DNA of 64,000 bases from Leptolyngbyaceae cyanobacterium (GTDB lineage Bacteria > Cyanobacteriota > Cyanobacteriia > Phormidesmidales > Phormidesmidaceae), in the NCBI GenBank assembly GCA_965263355.1, contig CBDHHL010000032.1, forward strand, positions 3,136,001 to 3,200,000. Direction: 5' to 3'. Positions 60,411-64,000 of the stretch are shown here, piece after piece. Below the pieces are notes generated by a model that worked only from the letters and a program-made list of their open reading frames with translations, had not been told where the DNA came from and did not search any database. The first letter of the stretch is position 1. Each line of letters starts with the position of its first letter. The translations under genes and the position numbers were made by a program.

Positions 60411-60969
60411 ACTTATCCCCTAAGACTTCATCGAGATAGGCTTCGCGCATTACATCCGCTTGAATGCGCACAATTTCGGCATCACTTTTACCCAGGTTTT
60501 TAAGGATTTCTTCTACCACAATGGGAATAGCTGAGCCGTTCGGATCTTGCCATTCCGGCAGATCATGGGTCCACTCAGCCACCTCAAATGGGTCCAAATG
60601 ACCGAAGGTATCATATACCTGTTGGAGAATCATTTCTTCTTCCTCACAGAGTTCTCCATCCCCCGGATCACCTAGCAGAGAAATACAATTCTCTTCACGG
60701 GGAGAGATAAATTTAGACCAAAGGGGGAGAGCATTTTCCACTGGGAGGCCTTTAATCAGGTCATAGACACCGCTAAGCACTGGGCCATAGTCCATGGAGA
60801 CGTAGCAGTCCCCCGTAATTGGTTGCTCCATTTGCGCTAGGGCTACTCGGTCGGCAATGTATAACATTTTGAGTAAACCGAGATACTTCATCGGTTTACC
60901 ATGACGCTTCAGGAGTATGGCTGCTGCCTCTACCGCTTTTTCTGGATAAAACTGAAACTCAATAGCCAT
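60397..60969 (-). CDS. Panacea (DUF4065/SocA-like) antitoxin
   Basis: LLKMLYIADR, PITGD...MDYGPV...YD, WTH.LPEW. Confidence 0.85.
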   Translation of the reverse strand: MAIEFQFYPEKAVEAAAILLKRHGKPMKYLGLLKMLYIADRVALAQMEQPITGDCYVSMDYGPVLSGVYDLIKGLPVENALPLWSKFISPREENCISLLGDPGDGELCEEEEMILQQVYDTFGHLDPFEVAEWTHDLPEWQDPNGSAIPIVVEEILKNLGKSDAEIVRIQADVMREAYLDEVLGDKFAHD

Positions 60970-61178
60970 AATTAGTTTCACTGATGATTTCGATCATTTT
61001 TATACTTCGACCTAGTACATCTTTATTGTAGGCACTATAGGCAATTACCGTCATCCGTGAGGATTATGGGGGAATGTTCGCTAGAAACGTTAGCTTGTAA
61101 TTGAATCATTCAATATTCTTTACGGCTCACAATCCTAAAGTCTGTAGGTAAGCTGTAGTCAGTTCACTGAGGGCAGCT

Positions 61179-62087
61179 ATGCGCGATCGCATCGACCAAA
61201 TCGTTCAGAATCTAAATAAAACCATCGTTGGTAAGGAACTTCCTATTCGGCTAGTGCTCGTGGCGATGCTGTCCGGTGGTCACGTTCTGCTCGAAGATGT
61301 ACCTGGTGTGGGTAAAACCCTACTGGCTAAGTCTCTGGCCCGTTGCATCGATGGCAAATTTCAGCGGATTCAGTGTACGCCTGATCTACTCCCCAGCGAT
61401 GTCACTGGCACGAACATATGGAACCCTAGTAGCGGTGGGTTTCAGTTTATGCCAGGGCCAGTATTTTCCAATGTACTACTGGCCGATGAAATCAATCGAG
61501 CCACACCTCGGACTCAGTCGGCCTTACTGGAAGTAATGGAAGAACATCAGGTTACCCTCGACGGTGTATCTCGCCCAGTCCCCGCACCATTTTTTGTGAT
61601 TGCGACCCAAAATCCTGTGGAATACCAGGGGACATTTCCGTTGCCTGAGGCCCAGATGGATCGCTTTGCTCTTTCCCTAAGTTTGGGGTATCCAAGCGCT
61701 GACGAAGAATTAAAAATGCTACATAATCTGGCTCAGCCAGTACAGCCTACTGATCTACAGCCTTGCATCACCCTAGATGAAATGCATAGCCTGCAGCAGC
61801 AATGCCGTCAGGTTAAGGTGGAAGACTCGGTGCAGCACTACATGATTAGACTGGTACGGGCTACCCGTGACCATGATGATGTTGCTTTGGGGGTTAGCCC
61901 TCGAGGGACGGTGGCCCTCTATCGTGCCGTACAAGCCTTCGCCTTTTTAGAAGATCGAGACTATGTCTTGCCAGATGATGTTAAGTCACTAGCGACATCA
62001 GTCTTGGCCCATCGCTTAATCGCTAGCGGTGGCCACAAAAGCGCTCCCATTATTGCCCAACTATTAGATACAGTAACCGTCCCGTAG
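61179..62087 (+). CDS. MoxR family AAA+ ATPase
   Basis: EDVPGVGKT, RIQCTPDLLPSD, DEINRA, ATQNPVE..GTFPLPEAQ.DRF. Confidence 0.95.
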   Translation: MRDRIDQIVQNLNKTIVGKELPIRLVLVAMLSGGHVLLEDVPGVGKTLLAKSLARCIDGKFQRIQCTPDLLPSDVTGTNIWNPSSGGFQFMPGPVFSNVLLADEINRATPRTQSALLEVMEEHQVTLDGVSRPVPAPFFVIATQNPVEYQGTFPLPEAQMDRFALSLSLGYPSADEELKMLHNLAQPVQPTDLQPCITLDEMHSLQQQCRQVKVEDSVQHYMIRLVRATRDHDDVALGVSPRGTVALYRAVQAFAFLEDRDYVLPDDVKSLATSVLAHRLIASGGHKSAPIIAQLLDTVTVP

Positions 62088-62199
62088 AAATAGCACGCAT
62101 GTTTTGCTGGTTTAGGCTAAGCTATCGCGCTCCATTTTTCTCAGGTTGTCTTTAAAAAAATCGAGTACCCTTGAAACGTTGTGTTAGTCTGAGTCAGCA

Positions 62200-63081
62200 A
62201 TGCGAAAACTGTTGGGTATGGCCCTAGTGACCGCTTTATTAGCCGTCAGTTGTGCCCTGATCAATCCCCCGTTATCGAGTCAAACCCCTGCTAATAGCCA
62301 AAGTGACGCTATGGCAGAACTGCACAAGGGGGATGTCCCCATCGCATCTCCTGCAGCTAAAGATGTTGATCCTGACTCTGTAATTACCGAGGATGTTACC
62401 TACGGCACCCTGGACGGTGTCCCCTTTGAGGGCTACCTGGTTAAGCCTGCTGATGCAACTGAACCTTTGCCAGGTCTAATTGTGATTCAAGAATGGTGGG
62501 GCCTGAACGAGAATATTCGCACTATGACCCGTCGTCTGGCGGCAGAAGGTTACACGGCCTTGGCTGTTGATCTCTATGATGGACAAGTGGCAGACAACCG
62601 GGATGACGCTAAAACTTTAGTGCAAGCGGCTATTCAAAATTCCGATCGCCTCAGACAAAATGTAGTAGCTGCCTATAATTATCTGACTAACGACCAGCAA
62701 GTTCCTAAGGTTGGTAGCATCGGTTGGTGTTTTGGTGGGTTTTGGTCCTTAAATACAGCCCTTGCCTTGCCTGCGGATCTCGATGCTGCTGTGATTTACT
62801 ATGGGGGCCAAATTTCCACTGATCCGGCTGTGCTTGAACCCCTGCAAATGCCTATCCAGGGCCATTTCGGCTCATTGGATACCAATCCCTCTCCCGAGAC
62901 AGTTCAAGCATTTGAAACCACATTAAATGATTTGGGTAAAAGTGCTGAGATTTACATCTATGAAGGAGCCAATCATGCGTTTGCAAATCCCTCCGGTACT
63001 CGTTATAACGCTGAGGCTGCAGACCTTTCCTGGCAAAGAACTGTGGCGTTTCTAAAGCAGCATTTGCAAGGTAATAGCTGA
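62200..63081 (+). CDS. Dienelactone hydrolase family lipoprotein
   Basis: QEWWG, GWCFGG, HAFAN; LAVSC lipobox-like signal. Confidence 0.92.
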   Translation: MRKLLGMALVTALLAVSCALINPPLSSQTPANSQSDAMAELHKGDVPIASPAAKDVDPDSVITEDVTYGTLDGVPFEGYLVKPADATEPLPGLIVIQEWWGLNENIRTMTRRLAAEGYTALAVDLYDGQVADNRDDAKTLVQAAIQNSDRLRQNVVAAYNYLTNDQQVPKVGSIGWCFGGFWSLNTALALPADLDAAVIYYGGQISTDPAVLEPLQMPIQGHFGSLDTNPSPETVQAFETTLNDLGKSAEIYIYEGANHAFANPSGTRYNAEAADLSWQRTVAFLKQHLQGNS

Positions 63082-63105
63082 GACATTAGTGATTTGGCAG
63101 CGTCC

Positions 63106-63270
63106 TAAGTAGGTAAATTTAATTTTTTCTAAGATACGAATAAACTGTTAAACGGCTTAGAATTTGCCCCAAACCCCCAATTTTCTGTGGACTTTTAGTC
63201 TAGTCTCCCCCACAATTGGGGGACTGAAGAGGGCCTCGATATCTGATAGCTAATGAGGATCATCTACTTA
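63106..63270. repeat. Miniature repeat element with short inverted ends
   Basis: TAAGTAGGT ... ATCTACTTA ends; internal TCCCCCACAATTGGGGGA palindrome. Confidence 0.45.
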
Positions 63271-63999
63271 GTAGCGACTGCGTCTAGCTTCAATTTCGGC
63301 TTGCACAGTATCCGGGACTGCCGATAGCAGGTCATAGCCCGTGGCAAGTTCAATCCGATCAATAGAGGTTTGGTAAGTTTGCCAACGGTCGTCGAGGCGA
63401 TCACTGTTGGGCATATCTACCGCAATGATCTCAGTGCCATAGGTAACATTGTCTACGGTTGGGGCATTGTCAAAGACAACAATTGCTTTCCAGACTCGGC
63501 TAGGGGGAATAATCCGCTCCTTCGCAATGGGGCGCTTTTGCCCATATACTCCAGCAATGATGTACAACGTTTTATTTTGTTGATAAAGCAGGTCACGGCA
63601 ATAATTTTCCAATTCTTTCCATGGCCCCCGGTTGTTCTCGGCTGTTTGAGGAAAAATATTGGTCATCAAAAATGTTGCCGAGTTGTCTTGCTCGTTGGCG
63701 GTACGGTCGGCTGAAGGTACCATATGCCCACGATCGTAACCGCTATTGGTATAGTCTCCAGGGGTCACCTGGTAGGTACCCTTAGGTAAAATGCCATCGG
63801 GTCTGAAGTCGTTTTGCCGTTCGGTGTTGCCTATCCAGTCATGACTTAGCACCCAACTAGCCCAGCGCAGTATGCCACGACTTTGGCTGTAAGCAAGCAC
63901 GTAGGGTCCTCGATCAATCAAGTAATTATCACTATTTTCTTGCCCTGCATGGCTAGGATTGCCCAAGGCAATGTGTGGGTTATTGGAAAAATAGGTTTC
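63268..63999 (-). CDS. DNA/RNA non-specific endonuclease (NucA-like), 5' end outside the window
   Basis: GYDRGHMVPSADR, TFLMTNI.PQ...NRGPW..LE; frame open to the window edge. Confidence 0.92.
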   Translation of the reverse strand, partial: ETYFSNNPHIALGNPSHAGQENSDNYLIDRGPYVLAYSQSRGILRWASWVLSHDWIGNTERQNDFRPDGILPKGTYQVTPGDYTNSGYDRGHMVPSADRTANEQDNSATFLMTNIFPQTAENNRGPWKELENYCRDLLYQQNKTLYIIAGVYGQKRPIAKERIIPPSRVWKAIVVFDNAPTVDNVTYGTEIIAVDMPNSDRLDDRWQTYQTSIDRIELATGYDLLSAVPDTVQAEIEARRSRY

Positions 64000-64000
64000 C

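Noticed and set aside
1..64000. Frequent GCGATCGC octamers as a novel repeat
   Set aside because: This is the well-known cyanobacterial HIP1 sequence

Overview
Chromosomal window from a cyanobacterium, inferred from frequent HIP1 octamers (GCGATCGC), chlD, a carboxysome ccmK gene and an ndhF3-ndhD3-cupA-cupS CO2-uptake operon; a filamentous Leptolyngbya-like lineage is my guess. Most of it is housekeeping or common accessory genes (chlD, uvrB, hisC, mraY, ribF, peptidases, transporters). No rRNA, tRNA or CRISPR array was seen. The least explained locus is 45.2-50.1 kb: a divergent cluster of three mutually paralogous, unrecognised beta-rich proteins plus an SMI1/KNR4 protein, bracketed by two paralogous LuxR-type regulators, with 7-2-7 operator-like repeats in the central promoter. 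Nearby, an ISAs1 element joins two different truncated genes (a DUF4255/Pvc16-like 5' half and a GAF-like 3' end), followed by a eukaryote-like XendoU nuclease fused to a lamin-tail domain. Other points of interest: a four-gene ferric-reductase/Rieske membrane redox cluster (0.66-3.4 kb), twin candidate sRNAs sharing an 18-nt core (27.3-27.7 kb), a Yfr1-complementary site in the mraY leader, a lone attC-like site, three copies of a MITE-like repeat, a GST gene frameshifted by a 7-bp duplication and a Panacea-type toxin-antitoxin pair. All family calls come from motif recognition by eye; no searches were run. Where a downstream ATG looked more plausible than the ORF-track start, I used it.
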